From the IMG/VR virus record IMGVR_UViG_3300001580_000006, positions 32,001 through 96,000 of that record: a DNA stretch of 64,000 nt. One strand, 5' to 3'. The notes below the pieces were generated by a model. The model made no database searches and was not told where the DNA came from. It was given only the letters and a program-made list of their open reading frames with translations. Below, one piece after another: positions 1 to 8,074 of the stretch; the stretch's first letter is position 1; every line of letters begins with the position of its first letter. The position numbers were made by a program, and so were the translations under genes. This stretch comes from a virus. Its lineage: Duplodnaviria; Caudoviricetes.

Positions 1-1
1 A

Positions 2-1531
2 AGCGGTGGAGATTTCATCAATGCTGCTGATCTCGGACACAACTACACAATAACCTGGGAAGAGCTACCAGGCCAGGAACCAACAGCCAAGGTGACGTTC
101 GACGACACTGGCGCAGGCGGCCTACCAGACGCAAATACCTCCATATACATCGACTATAAGTCCCTACCAGGTAAACTGACACAGGTTAGCAATCTAATGT
201 CTGTCCTGAACAAGACTGGCTGGGATGCATGGAAAACCTATTTCATCGCAGGACGCAGACTGTACTTTGGTGGACCACTTCCAACAGCTCTTCAAATAGC
301 ATACTGCTTTGAGAAGAACTGGCATGTAGGTGGGGATGTGTCGGTGATAGATTACTCAGCTGGTATTCTTGAGTGGTCAGACCTATCTGATCAACCGGGA
401 ACTTCAATGAACCAGCCTATGCCAGTAATCATAACTCCAGAAAAAGCCGGCGCGGTTCCAGCACCAGATTGGTCGTCAGTATCTGACGCAGCCGATCATC
501 GTCCAGAGTGGTCCCGAATCACGCTCTACTACGATTATGACCCAGAGTGGTTAGACATCGGAATGTCATCTAGAACACTACAGGGTGGATCCGATGGTGC
601 TGTAATGTCAGCAGAAGACCTGTATGACACCATGGACTCTGCATATCTTATGCTATCTAACTACAACTTTGACCACCTGATTCTACCAGATGGCGCTTAT
701 CTAGACGCGGTCAAAACTGAGCCAAACCCCGTAACTGGTCTACAAGAAAGCGTAAACGCAGGCTTCCAGACTCAGTTAACTAGCTTCCTAGATGTGCTAT
801 TGACCAACGTGCATGAAACCATGGCCTATATGTCAGTAACGCCTCCTGCTGATACTAAGCTAGCTACTGTCCAGAAGTGGGTGCAGCGCCTAGTAACAGT
901 TGATCCTTCAGATCCTACCCGCGGCGCAAACTGGCAAAGCGTGCTAAGCAACAGGCTGGTTCACATGATGGCTTGCTACCCAATCGTTGCCAACCCATCA
1001 GTGGTGCGCTACGTATCAGATGGTATACCATCATTTGTTGGAACATATGCCGAACTGCCAATCAACCAGGGTATGACATATCGCCAGATTCCAACTTGGG
1101 TTGGACTTGCCTTTGAGTTATCACCTGGGCAGCTGGAAACTATGACAGCTATGAGGTATATTACTGGAAAAACTGACGTATACACTGGCTCTCTAGTAGT
1201 AACTGATGTGCCATCATGCGCAGCTGCTGGTAGCGACTATACCCGTTCGACCACAACCCGTATCGTCCGCAGAGTAGTCGACCAAGTACGAAAGGCTGCA
1301 ATACCGTTCCTAGGGCGGCTATCAGAGCCGGCCATCTACAATGCCTGCGCTACTCAAGTAAGCAACGTGCTGAAGCAGAACATAACAGATGGCTCCCTAC
1401 GCAACAACAGCACTTTCACGCTCAACGCAACTCAAGCTGACAGAATTCGTGGATACCTGAATATCGGGCTTTCTCTAGCTGTCAACTTCGAGATCCGCAT
1501 AATCAACATTAGGGTAGCTCTCTCAAAGTAA
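2..1531 (+). CDS. Contractile tail sheath protein, 5'-truncated by the window edge
   Basis: Frame is open from base 2, so the GTG at 92 is probably internal. The C-terminus (TTTRIVRRVVDQVR...FLG...DRIRGYLNIGLSLAVNFEIRIINIRVAL) resembles the sheath C-terminal domain, and tube-like genes follow. Confidence 0.8.
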   Translation, partial: SGGDFINAADLGHNYTITWEELPGQEPTAKVTFDDTGAGGLPDANTSIYIDYKSLPGKLTQVSNLMSVLNKTGWDAWKTYFIAGRRLYFGGPLPTALQIAYCFEKNWHVGGDVSVIDYSAGILEWSDLSDQPGTSMNQPMPVIITPEKAGAVPAPDWSSVSDAADHRPEWSRITLYYDYDPEWLDIGMSSRTLQGGSDGAVMSAEDLYDTMDSAYLMLSNYNFDHLILPDGAYLDAVKTEPNPVTGLQESVNAGFQTQLTSFLDVLLTNVHETMAYMSVTPPADTKLATVQKWVQRLVTVDPSDPTRGANWQSVLSNRLVHMMACYPIVANPSVVRYVSDGIPSFVGTYAELPINQGMTYRQIPTWVGLAFELSPGQLETMTAMRYITGKTDVYTGSLVVTDVPSCAAAGSDYTRSTTTRIVRRVVDQVRKAAIPFLGRLSEPAIYNACATQVSNVLKQNITDGSLRNNSTFTLNATQADRIRGYLNIGLSLAVNFEIRIINIRVALSK

Positions 1532-1540
1532 GGAATATAA

Positions 1541-1566
1541 GCCAGGGGAGGTAACACTCCCCTGGC
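1541..1566 (+). other. GC-rich intergenic hairpin without a U-tract
   Basis: GCCAGGGGAG-GTAACA-CTCCCCTGGC, a perfect 10-bp stem between the sheath stop and the GGAGG RBS of the next gene. Confidence 0.7.
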
Positions 1567-1590
1567 AACCCCAATAGGAGGATACGATAA

Positions 1591-2304
1591 ATGGCCCAGA
1601 TGGATCTACTAACAAGTAGCTTTACTAGAACATACGACACGTTCTCTGGAGCTGACATCATTCTGGTGATACACGATATGGTAATTGGAAATGCAAATGG
1701 TATTTCCTTCTCCATTACTCGTGAAAAGGCACCTCTATATGCACTAGGTTCGGTCGATCCTATCTCAATATCCCGTGGAAAACGTGGTATTGCGGGTTCG
1801 ATGATCATGTACAACACCGACCGTTCTGCTATGTACGACTACATGGCTCGTGCTTGGTATGCCTCTCACCGTTCTGATTTGCCAGCTTCTGGTGGACGCG
1901 CTCGTCCGTTCAGACCTACCGATACTTCTAGCCTTCCACAGGCTTTGGCTACAGCAACTACTGCTACACAGTTTGCTTCAACAACTAACGACACAAACCT
2001 AGAGTTGCGCAACCCAAACTATTCCGATCAGATACCACCATTTGACATTACTCTGACTGCAATGAATGAATATGGTCAGGCTACTTCAATGGCTATCTTC
2101 GGTGTAGAAATCCTGAACGAAGGCGAGGGTCACTCAGTAGACGATATCACATCAGAAACTCAGATGACTTGGATATGCCGCGCTCTAACTCTATGGCATC
2201 CAGCCAGCGGTAATGATCGTGGTATGGACACTACCTTTGAGGCTACTCCTCTAGAAGGCGAGGCAGCTGAACAGGTAGGCTTGTTCGATTTCGTAAATAC
2301 ATAA
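1591..2304 (+). CDS. Tail tube protein (paralogue 1)
   Basis: Directly after the sheath, with an AGGAGG RBS. Motifs TFSGAD, REKAPLYALG, RGKRGIAGS, DQIPPFDITL..NEYG, G.EILNEG are of large-myophage tube type. Confidence 0.75.
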   Translation: MAQMDLLTSSFTRTYDTFSGADIILVIHDMVIGNANGISFSITREKAPLYALGSVDPISISRGKRGIAGSMIMYNTDRSAMYDYMARAWYASHRSDLPASGGRARPFRPTDTSSLPQALATATTATQFASTTNDTNLELRNPNYSDQIPPFDITLTAMNEYGQATSMAIFGVEILNEGEGHSVDDITSETQMTWICRALTLWHPASGNDRGMDTTFEATPLEGEAAEQVGLFDFVNT

Positions 2305-2313
2305 GATGATTAT

Positions 2314-2340
2314 GGGGGCCGGCCCAAAAAGCCGGCTCCC
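2314..2340 (+). other. GC-rich intergenic hairpin without a U-tract
   Basis: GGGGGCCGGC-CCAAAAA-GCCGGCTCCC, a 10-bp stem with one G-U pair. Confidence 0.65.
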
Positions 2341-2348
2341 AGCTTAAG

Positions 2349-3371
2349 ATGATTAATAGAGACGAGTTTACTGGTTTAAACAACCAGGCAGCCGAGGGCG
2401 TAGATAATTACTATCCACGCATTAGAGGTGATATGGCCCCTATGTGGGAGCCAACTCAGCGAAGCTACGCTGGCGTCGACATTATAGCTACTGGCTATAT
2501 CGATGGCAGGCTTGTCCTATTTGACAACATTTCAGCAATCTCTTATTCAACCCACAGAGAAAAGGTAAACGTACCTACTCTTGGTCGGTCATATGCAAGA
2601 CGTAGAACCAGAGGCATGCGCACTATTGCCGGGTCTATAATCTGGGCAGTTAAGGACCGCACACCACTATACTCTTTTCTAGGCCAGTATAAATATGATG
2701 GTCAGGCATTTATGCATCTACCGATGTCTGACTCTATTCCACCATTCGACATTACTCTTACCTATGCAAACGAGTATGGACACGTTTCTGTAATGAGGAT
2801 ATACGGAGTTGACATTATGTCTGAGGGGCAAGTCCACTCTATACAAGATATTATTACAGAGAACGTAATGGAGTACCAGGCATTTGACATGGATGTCATG
2901 ATGCCAATTGATGCAGAGGCCGGTGAGCTGCCATGGATGCAATCCTCTAGTGGAATCTTCTACCGCGACATCTCCAAGCTATCTACTCCAGCTAACGAAG
3001 GCAATGCGGCTGGTTGGGCAGACTATCAGAAGTATCAAAGAGCGGTGTCGTGGTTATCCATATTCATATCAGACTACGACAACGGAACCATGGCCTATTG
3101 GGTAACTGGTCAAAACTCTGATGGTAGCATTCTTTACTCACTGGCTGCCCCAGATGAAATAGCAAACTATTTCAAGGAACTAGGATATGACGTAACCAAC
3201 GGACGGTATCAGGAACTAGTAAACTTGATGAACAATATACGACAAAGAATCACGGAAATAAGGACTGAAAACGGACTATTCTGGAACTTGGAAGAGAACC
3301 GTCAAGGTATTTCTGATGGCACAATAAGTACCGCAAGTCCTTTTGATTTAAGCGCTTACACGTTCGAATAA
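2349..3371 (+). CDS. Tail tube-like protein (paralogue 2) with C-terminal extension
   Basis: Shares SYAGVDI, ISYSTHREK, RGMRTIAGS, DSIPPFDITLTYANEYG and GVDIMSEG with 1591..2304. Confidence 0.7.
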   Translation: MINRDEFTGLNNQAAEGVDNYYPRIRGDMAPMWEPTQRSYAGVDIIATGYIDGRLVLFDNISAISYSTHREKVNVPTLGRSYARRRTRGMRTIAGSIIWAVKDRTPLYSFLGQYKYDGQAFMHLPMSDSIPPFDITLTYANEYGHVSVMRIYGVDIMSEGQVHSIQDIITENVMEYQAFDMDVMMPIDAEAGELPWMQSSSGIFYRDISKLSTPANEGNAAGWADYQKYQRAVSWLSIFISDYDNGTMAYWVTGQNSDGSILYSLAAPDEIANYFKELGYDVTNGRYQELVNLMNNIRQRITEIRTENGLFWNLEENRQGISDGTISTASPFDLSAYTFE

Positions 3372-3373
3372 TT

Positions 3374-3472
3374 ACCCGGTCCCCTCCTCAAGGTCCCCGG
3401 GTGCTGGCCTAACTCTCCTCCACAGGTTAGGTCAACGGAGCCCCAACGATGCAAATCTGCGGGGCTTCCGTT
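3374..3472 (+). ncRNA. Putative structured small RNA: three tandem hairpins, two with CUCCUC anti-SD loops
   Basis: H1 ACCCGG/CCGGGT (3374-3402) with loop CCCCTCCTC. H2 TGGCCTAAC/GTTAGGTCA (3405-3434) with loop TCTCCTCCACAG. H3 AACGGAGCCCC/GGGGCTTCCGTT capped by GAT-GCAA-ATC (GNRA). Strand is inferred. Confidence 0.5.
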
Positions 3473-3499
3473 CGGTAAAGTGGTATTCTACATAAACTT

Positions 3500-3892
3500 A
3501 TGAGGTACGAATTTATGCTATGCATTCGATGTAATCAAGACAAATCAGAATCAAATTTTCGATATGGTAGAAAGTGGTGTATAGACTGCAGAATAACTTA
3601 TAATCGACAGTGGCGACATAACAACTTAAACAAAGAAAACATACGCCGCAAGACGCTAAAGCCAAGATTAGTGGCTGAGTTTGGTGGCAAGTGTAATAAA
3701 TGCGGCGGAGTTTTTGTACCAGCTGTGTATGATTTTCATCATACTGATCCTACCGCTAAAGAATTCTCACTGCGACACGGTATTAGCAAACGTTACAGTT
3801 GGAAACGATTGTTAATCGAAGCCAGCAAGTGTATTCTACTTTGTTCTAATTGTCATCGATCTTTGCACGCTAATGACCATATCGAGTTATGA
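3500..3892 (+). CDS. HNH endonuclease (family 2)
   Basis: CxxC pairs plus GGKCNKCG...DFHHTDP..KEF...KCILLCSNCHR; paralogous to 57279..57815. Confidence 0.8.
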   Translation: MRYEFMLCIRCNQDKSESNFRYGRKWCIDCRITYNRQWRHNNLNKENIRRKTLKPRLVAEFGGKCNKCGGVFVPAVYDFHHTDPTAKEFSLRHGISKRYSWKRLLIEASKCILLCSNCHRSLHANDHIEL

Positions 3893-3897
3893 GCATT

Positions 3898-3926
3898 TTC
3901 GCTTTACACCTTAATTATGGTATAAT
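3898..3926 (+). promoter_or_regulatory. Sigma70/SigA-type promoter with extended -10
   Basis: TTCGCT-17 bp-TATAAT, with TG at the extended -10 position, upstream of 3954. Confidence 0.6.
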
Positions 3927-3953
3927 TAATCATACACAAGTCGTTGAGGGATA

Positions 3954-5798
3954 ATGGCAAACGCACTACGTTTAAATGAGCAATCCTTAGCTGGATACCG
4001 TGCAGACTGTTTTTCAGGCGCACAAATCTCCCTATATATAGGCGGTATATGGGTTGAGGATGCAGTCTCTATTCAATACACTCTAAGCGATCCTAAGTCT
4101 CCAGTATATGGCTATAATAGTCGCTATTATGATATGGTTGCGTTTGGCAATCGTGTAGTACAAGGACAAATAGCCATTGCTTATACTGAGGAGGGCTACC
4201 TATCATCTATTCTATATGCACACAAAAAGATGATGGGAGAACTTGATGGTGAAGAGGATGAAGGATACTCTGGAACCTTTCTGGCGACCAACAAAACTGA
4301 CAAAGCAGCTACCTGGACCACACAGGACGAGTGGGGGTCTAGAGCTATTGTCAGCATCAAAGCTAAGGCCAAGGCTCTTGAGCAACAGATAGCTACCAAT
4401 CCTCCCCCAGACAATGTAGTAGACCTAAAGAAAGATCTTGAGAGATACAACAGACAAATTGCTGATATGGAGAAGATCTCCAATGGCAAGTCTATGCCAA
4501 CTCTATATACAAGACAGAACATACAGGGGTTTCTCGGTGACCTGCGTGGTGTATCATCATACGAGGATTTTGTAGAACTGATCGAGGACGCCCTAGTAGA
4601 CGCAGATAAGATGGCTGCACTATCAAAAAGGTACCCATGGTTAGTAATCCGTGGCAACAATGGAAACAAGATCCGCAGGGGCACAGAGTTTGACGTAGTT
4701 GAAGGTATTACTCAGAAAAACAAGGTCCCGTATTTATACCCAGGCTCAGGCTTCGATATAATAATAGCATATGGCGATATGAGCATTGGGTCAGCTGAGC
4801 ACACAATGAAGACAATTACTGATGTGCACCTAACCACTGAAACGCAAGTAGTCGAGGCGAACGGTAATCCTGTATTAGAGATATACACATTCTTTGCTAA
4901 GGATGTCGATGATCTAAGCACAATGGCTCGTTCAAGATCAAAGGGCTACTCTGGTCAAACAGAAAGCGGCTATGGCACTGGTGCTCCATCTCCTGACGAA
5001 AATGTTACAGAGTTTGACGTATTTGTGAACGCATTATCGTCTAAAGGCGTAGCAACTACTGAGGTTGCTCACCACAGGTTTCCTGTATCCGGAGAAGAAG
5101 TGCAGGTTGGTGTGCAGAGTGGTGATGACGTTCGTATGACATCATCTACACAGTCTGCAGATTTATCCCAGCCGGCTGACTCAGGATTTGTTTCGTCTGT
5201 GTATCAACTAGATGCTGCAATAACTGTAGCTGAGTACCAAAAGGCAAACGCCTACCAATATGCAGTTTCAGACTTCAGGTCCATAGTTCCTAATATATTA
5301 GTAGCCCCGGTTGGCTATACTAAGACTCTTGTATTACGAACCAAAAATGGATCAGAGAAGATAGTCCTTACCGAAACTGTTGGTACTGGCTCAGCTAGAG
5401 ACAATATGTATGATGTAGATGGCGTTGCCGCAATAATAGTTGCTATTGCTGAAGATGCATTGGAGCACAAAGTTGCTATTTTAGATTGGAAGCACGGTAC
5501 TAAGCAGCCTTCGACTGGTAAGTCGCTGGCCGTCACGATAGATCAAATACCTGTTGATGAGTTGACATATGTTGCCTACACTGGGGTTGCATACACTGAA
5601 TCGGCTAAGTCTAGCGTAACAACCAATTCGTACCAAGGCTCTAAGGCTTACAAAAATATAAAAGAATACATAGATTTCGTAAAAACATATCTAGGTATAC
5701 ACGCTGAGCATAAACTAACTTATGCATCGGCATACGTATACTTAGTGGTTACCAAACCCAACATTGGCCACGAGGCTATGAAGGTGGAGGAGCTGTGA
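3954..5798 (+). CDS. Tail tube-like protein (paralogue 3) with insertions and a C-terminal domain
   Basis: FSGAQISLY, PVYGY, GNRVVQGQIAI, GFDIIIAYG and YTFFAKD motifs align with the two upstream tube paralogues. Confidence 0.6.
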   Translation: MANALRLNEQSLAGYRADCFSGAQISLYIGGIWVEDAVSIQYTLSDPKSPVYGYNSRYYDMVAFGNRVVQGQIAIAYTEEGYLSSILYAHKKMMGELDGEEDEGYSGTFLATNKTDKAATWTTQDEWGSRAIVSIKAKAKALEQQIATNPPPDNVVDLKKDLERYNRQIADMEKISNGKSMPTLYTRQNIQGFLGDLRGVSSYEDFVELIEDALVDADKMAALSKRYPWLVIRGNNGNKIRRGTEFDVVEGITQKNKVPYLYPGSGFDIIIAYGDMSIGSAEHTMKTITDVHLTTETQVVEANGNPVLEIYTFFAKDVDDLSTMARSRSKGYSGQTESGYGTGAPSPDENVTEFDVFVNALSSKGVATTEVAHHRFPVSGEEVQVGVQSGDDVRMTSSTQSADLSQPADSGFVSSVYQLDAAITVAEYQKANAYQYAVSDFRSIVPNILVAPVGYTKTLVLRTKNGSEKIVLTETVGTGSARDNMYDVDGVAAIIVAIAEDALEHKVAILDWKHGTKQPSTGKSLAVTIDQIPVDELTYVAYTGVAYTESAKSSVTTNSYQGSKAYKNIKEYIDFVKTYLGIHAEHKLTYASAYVYLVVTKPNIGHEAMKVEEL

Positions 5799-6310
5799 GC
5801 AGACTTGCGCCCAATAAGCACTACAGCAACTTCAAAGACCTTACTGGGCAACGATTTGGTAAATTATTAGTACTTCAGTGTGATAAACGTAACGGACGCG
5901 AGCAATATTGGTTTTGCAGGTGTGATTGCGGAAGAGATGCTATAGTGCTAGGACGTAGTCTAAAGAACGGAGACAGTAAGTCTTGTGGCTGCTACTTAAA
6001 GAGAACTGGCGAATCTAGCCACAGATGGAAGGGCGGTATTACCAAACTTACACAGGCTATACGCAGCTGTTTGCGATATCGTCAATGGCGCAGCGATGTA
6101 CTTCATATTGCTAACTATATTTGCCAAGACTGTCTACGGCGTAGAGCAGAACTGCACGCACACCATATCAAGTCTTTTCAAGATATCATTAACGAATATA
6201 ATATTACCACAGTCGAGCAAGCAATAGCTTGTGAAGAGCTGTGGAACATTAACAACGGAGTCTGTCTGTGTATAGATTGTCATCGCAGCAGGCACAACAA
6301 ACACAAGTAA
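5795..6310 (+). CDS. HNH homing endonuclease (family 1, copy A)
   Basis: N-terminal DLTGQRFG...CRCDCG...SCGC module; C-terminal WKGG...CQDC...LHAHH...ELWNINNG..LC..CH. GTGA overlap with the upstream stop. Confidence 0.85.
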   Translation: MSRLAPNKHYSNFKDLTGQRFGKLLVLQCDKRNGREQYWFCRCDCGRDAIVLGRSLKNGDSKSCGCYLKRTGESSHRWKGGITKLTQAIRSCLRYRQWRSDVLHIANYICQDCLRRRAELHAHHIKSFQDIINEYNITTVEQAIACEELWNINNGVCLCIDCHRSRHNKHK

Positions 6311-6329
6311 TTTGTGGAGGGAGAGAACC

Positions 6330-6704
6330 ATGGAAGAAGCATTATGGCCAGGAGGCCCAACCCAGACTGAGCTAGATAGTATTAAAGCTGGACTAGCTAG
6401 CAAAAACTTACCCACCGACCTATTCGAAGTATCAGCCGGTAACGTGACAGTAGTCGCTAGGCTAGTTACTAAGGTAGAGTACATGAATCTTAGCAATCAA
6501 GTGTTCAAAGAAGTGCAAGGCAAGCGCATCCCGCCACAGCAGGCTGATGATATGTTCAACATCGCCATGCTTAACGCCGCAGTGGTTTGGAAACAACCAG
6601 AGCTAAGCTTCAATGATCAGACGGCGTGCGGAGTTATCCCAACCCTGATAGACAAGGTAATGAAGCTTAACGGCTTTGACGATGTCGCGCCTCGGAGACT
6701 ATAA
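6330..6704 (+). CDS. Probable tail assembly chaperone
   Basis: Small gene between the tubes and the giant tape-measure-like gene; GGAGG RBS before ATG 6330; ends GVIPTLIDKVMKLNGF. Positional inference. Confidence 0.45.
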   Translation: MEEALWPGGPTQTELDSIKAGLASKNLPTDLFEVSAGNVTVVARLVTKVEYMNLSNQVFKEVQGKRIPPQQADDMFNIAMLNAAVVWKQPELSFNDQTACGVIPTLIDKVMKLNGFDDVAPRRL

Positions 6705-7488
6705 TCTTCCAGATAGCATAAGGGAGAAGCTTCTAGACTGGAAAGTAGAGCATGGGCATCTGTACATTGCGCAGTTTCGTAAGCAACGCTTAAGTGAGAC
6801 TGGTCAGTATGAGACAGATGCCCTAGCTCCCTGGCTATTTGCCATACTTCGAGAGCTTAAACTTAAGGAGTATATGGCCTATTGTGATATCGCTACGTAC
6901 GATAACACAGCTGCCGCATTTAGTCTGGTTAGGCGGTGCCTACTAACTTGCGAAAATGAAAATGGCGAGCACCACTCTATATCAAACGAACCTCATACTA
7001 TGGACTATCTGTTTGGCGTATTGGTCAGTATGTCTGGGTTCTTTGAGGGTAAGGTGCACGCTGCACAGGTAGAGGCCAGGGCAAGCTATGGTAAGTTATA
7101 CAAAAACTTCATAGTACCTCTAATATCTAATTATGGCTTTAGTTTGGACTATCTTGGTAATTCAACTGACACAGATATAGCTGAGATTGCCATAATTCTG
7201 CAGAAACAACGTAGAGAGCGTCCACCAATAAACGGTGAGCGTGACAAGACTAAGGCGTTAACGCTTATGTCAGCCGATCATTCATCCGAGTTGCTACGAG
7301 AAAAGATGGAACACGATAGAAACGGCGGCGGAGAACGCATAAATACCGACGTAGAGAACCTAGCAATACGTGCTAACTTTGGCGAAATCGTAACAAATAG
7401 ACCTGTTCCTGATGTCACAAAATTAAAGAAATTCGACCCAAAAACAATGATGCCAAAGTTTACCCATAAGAAAGTAGATGGCAGATAG
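6682..7488 (+). CDS. Probable second tail assembly chaperone / hypothetical protein
   Basis: Overlaps the previous gene; WKVEHG..Y and RELKLKEY motifs; lies before the giant proteins. Confidence 0.4.
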   Translation: MSRLGDYNLPDSIREKLLDWKVEHGHLYIAQFRKQRLSETGQYETDALAPWLFAILRELKLKEYMAYCDIATYDNTAAAFSLVRRCLLTCENENGEHHSISNEPHTMDYLFGVLVSMSGFFEGKVHAAQVEARASYGKLYKNFIVPLISNYGFSLDYLGNSTDTDIAEIAIILQKQRRERPPINGERDKTKALTLMSADHSSELLREKMEHDRNGGGERINTDVENLAIRANFGEIVTNRPVPDVTKLKKFDPKTMMPKFTHKKVDGR

Positions 7489-8074
7489 TAGAGGGCAATA
7501 TCAGGCTCAAAGAGGGGCCGGCCAAAACCTAGTAAAGGCGGTGGTCGGCCTTCGCCCTAAGTGCTCAGAGGAAACTAAGGCAAAAATAAGAGCGGCACTA
7601 ACTGGCAAAAGCTTTATTACAGATAGTGGTAGGGCAAGGATACGTGAGGCCAACAAAAGGCGTAAAGTTTCTCCAGAAACTAGGGCTCGGCTAAGCGCAG
7701 CGCTTATTGGAAACAAACGTAGTGCTGGTAAAAACCAAAAGCCGCACTCAACGTATTGTGGCCATAAAAATCACTTCTGGAAAGGTGGAGTTACTATTAT
7801 TAACCACGGGTTAAGACTGGCTGTAGTTGCTACTCACAAGTATGGCATATGGAGATTATCTATTTTTGTTAGAGATAGCTTTATCTGTCAGGATTGTAAG
7901 CGTAAAAATCTGCGCCTACACGCACACCATAAGAAGCATTTCCAGACTATTATTGACGAATACAACATAACCACAGTAGAGCAAGCAATAGCTTGCGAAG
8001 AACTATGGGATATAAACAACGGTATTACACTCTGCAAACGTTGTCACAGAAAGCGACATAATGCGCAACAATGA
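7478..8074 (+). CDS. HNH homing endonuclease (family 1, copy B) with NUMOD3-like repeats
   Basis: SEETKAKI and SPETRARLS repeats followed by the family-1 HNH core; ATGA overlap with the downstream gene. Confidence 0.85.
   Translation: MADSRGQYQAQRGAGQNLVKAVVGLRPKCSEETKAKIRAALTGKSFITDSGRARIREANKRRKVSPETRARLSAALIGNKRSAGKNQKPHSTYCGHKNHFWKGGVTIINHGLRLAVVATHKYGIWRLSIFVRDSFICQDCKRKNLRLHAHHKKHFQTIIDEYNITTVEQAIACEELWDINNGITLCKRCHRKRHNAQQ

Noticed and set aside
3372-3953. Group I intron around the HNH at 3500 (or around other HNHs)
   Set aside because: Flanking genes are complete with their own starts and stops, and there is no room for or sign of a P3-P7 core; the HNHs are free-standing.
5795-6700. 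HNH copy A start MSRLA resembling MSRLG at 6682 as a second N-terminus capture
   Set aside because: Only four residues, different codons, and not the adjacent gene; compatible with chance.
6660-6704. Programmed -1 frameshift between the tail chaperones
   Set aside because: The second ORF is in the +1 frame, no XXXYYYZ slippery heptamer is visible, and it has its own ATG at 6682.
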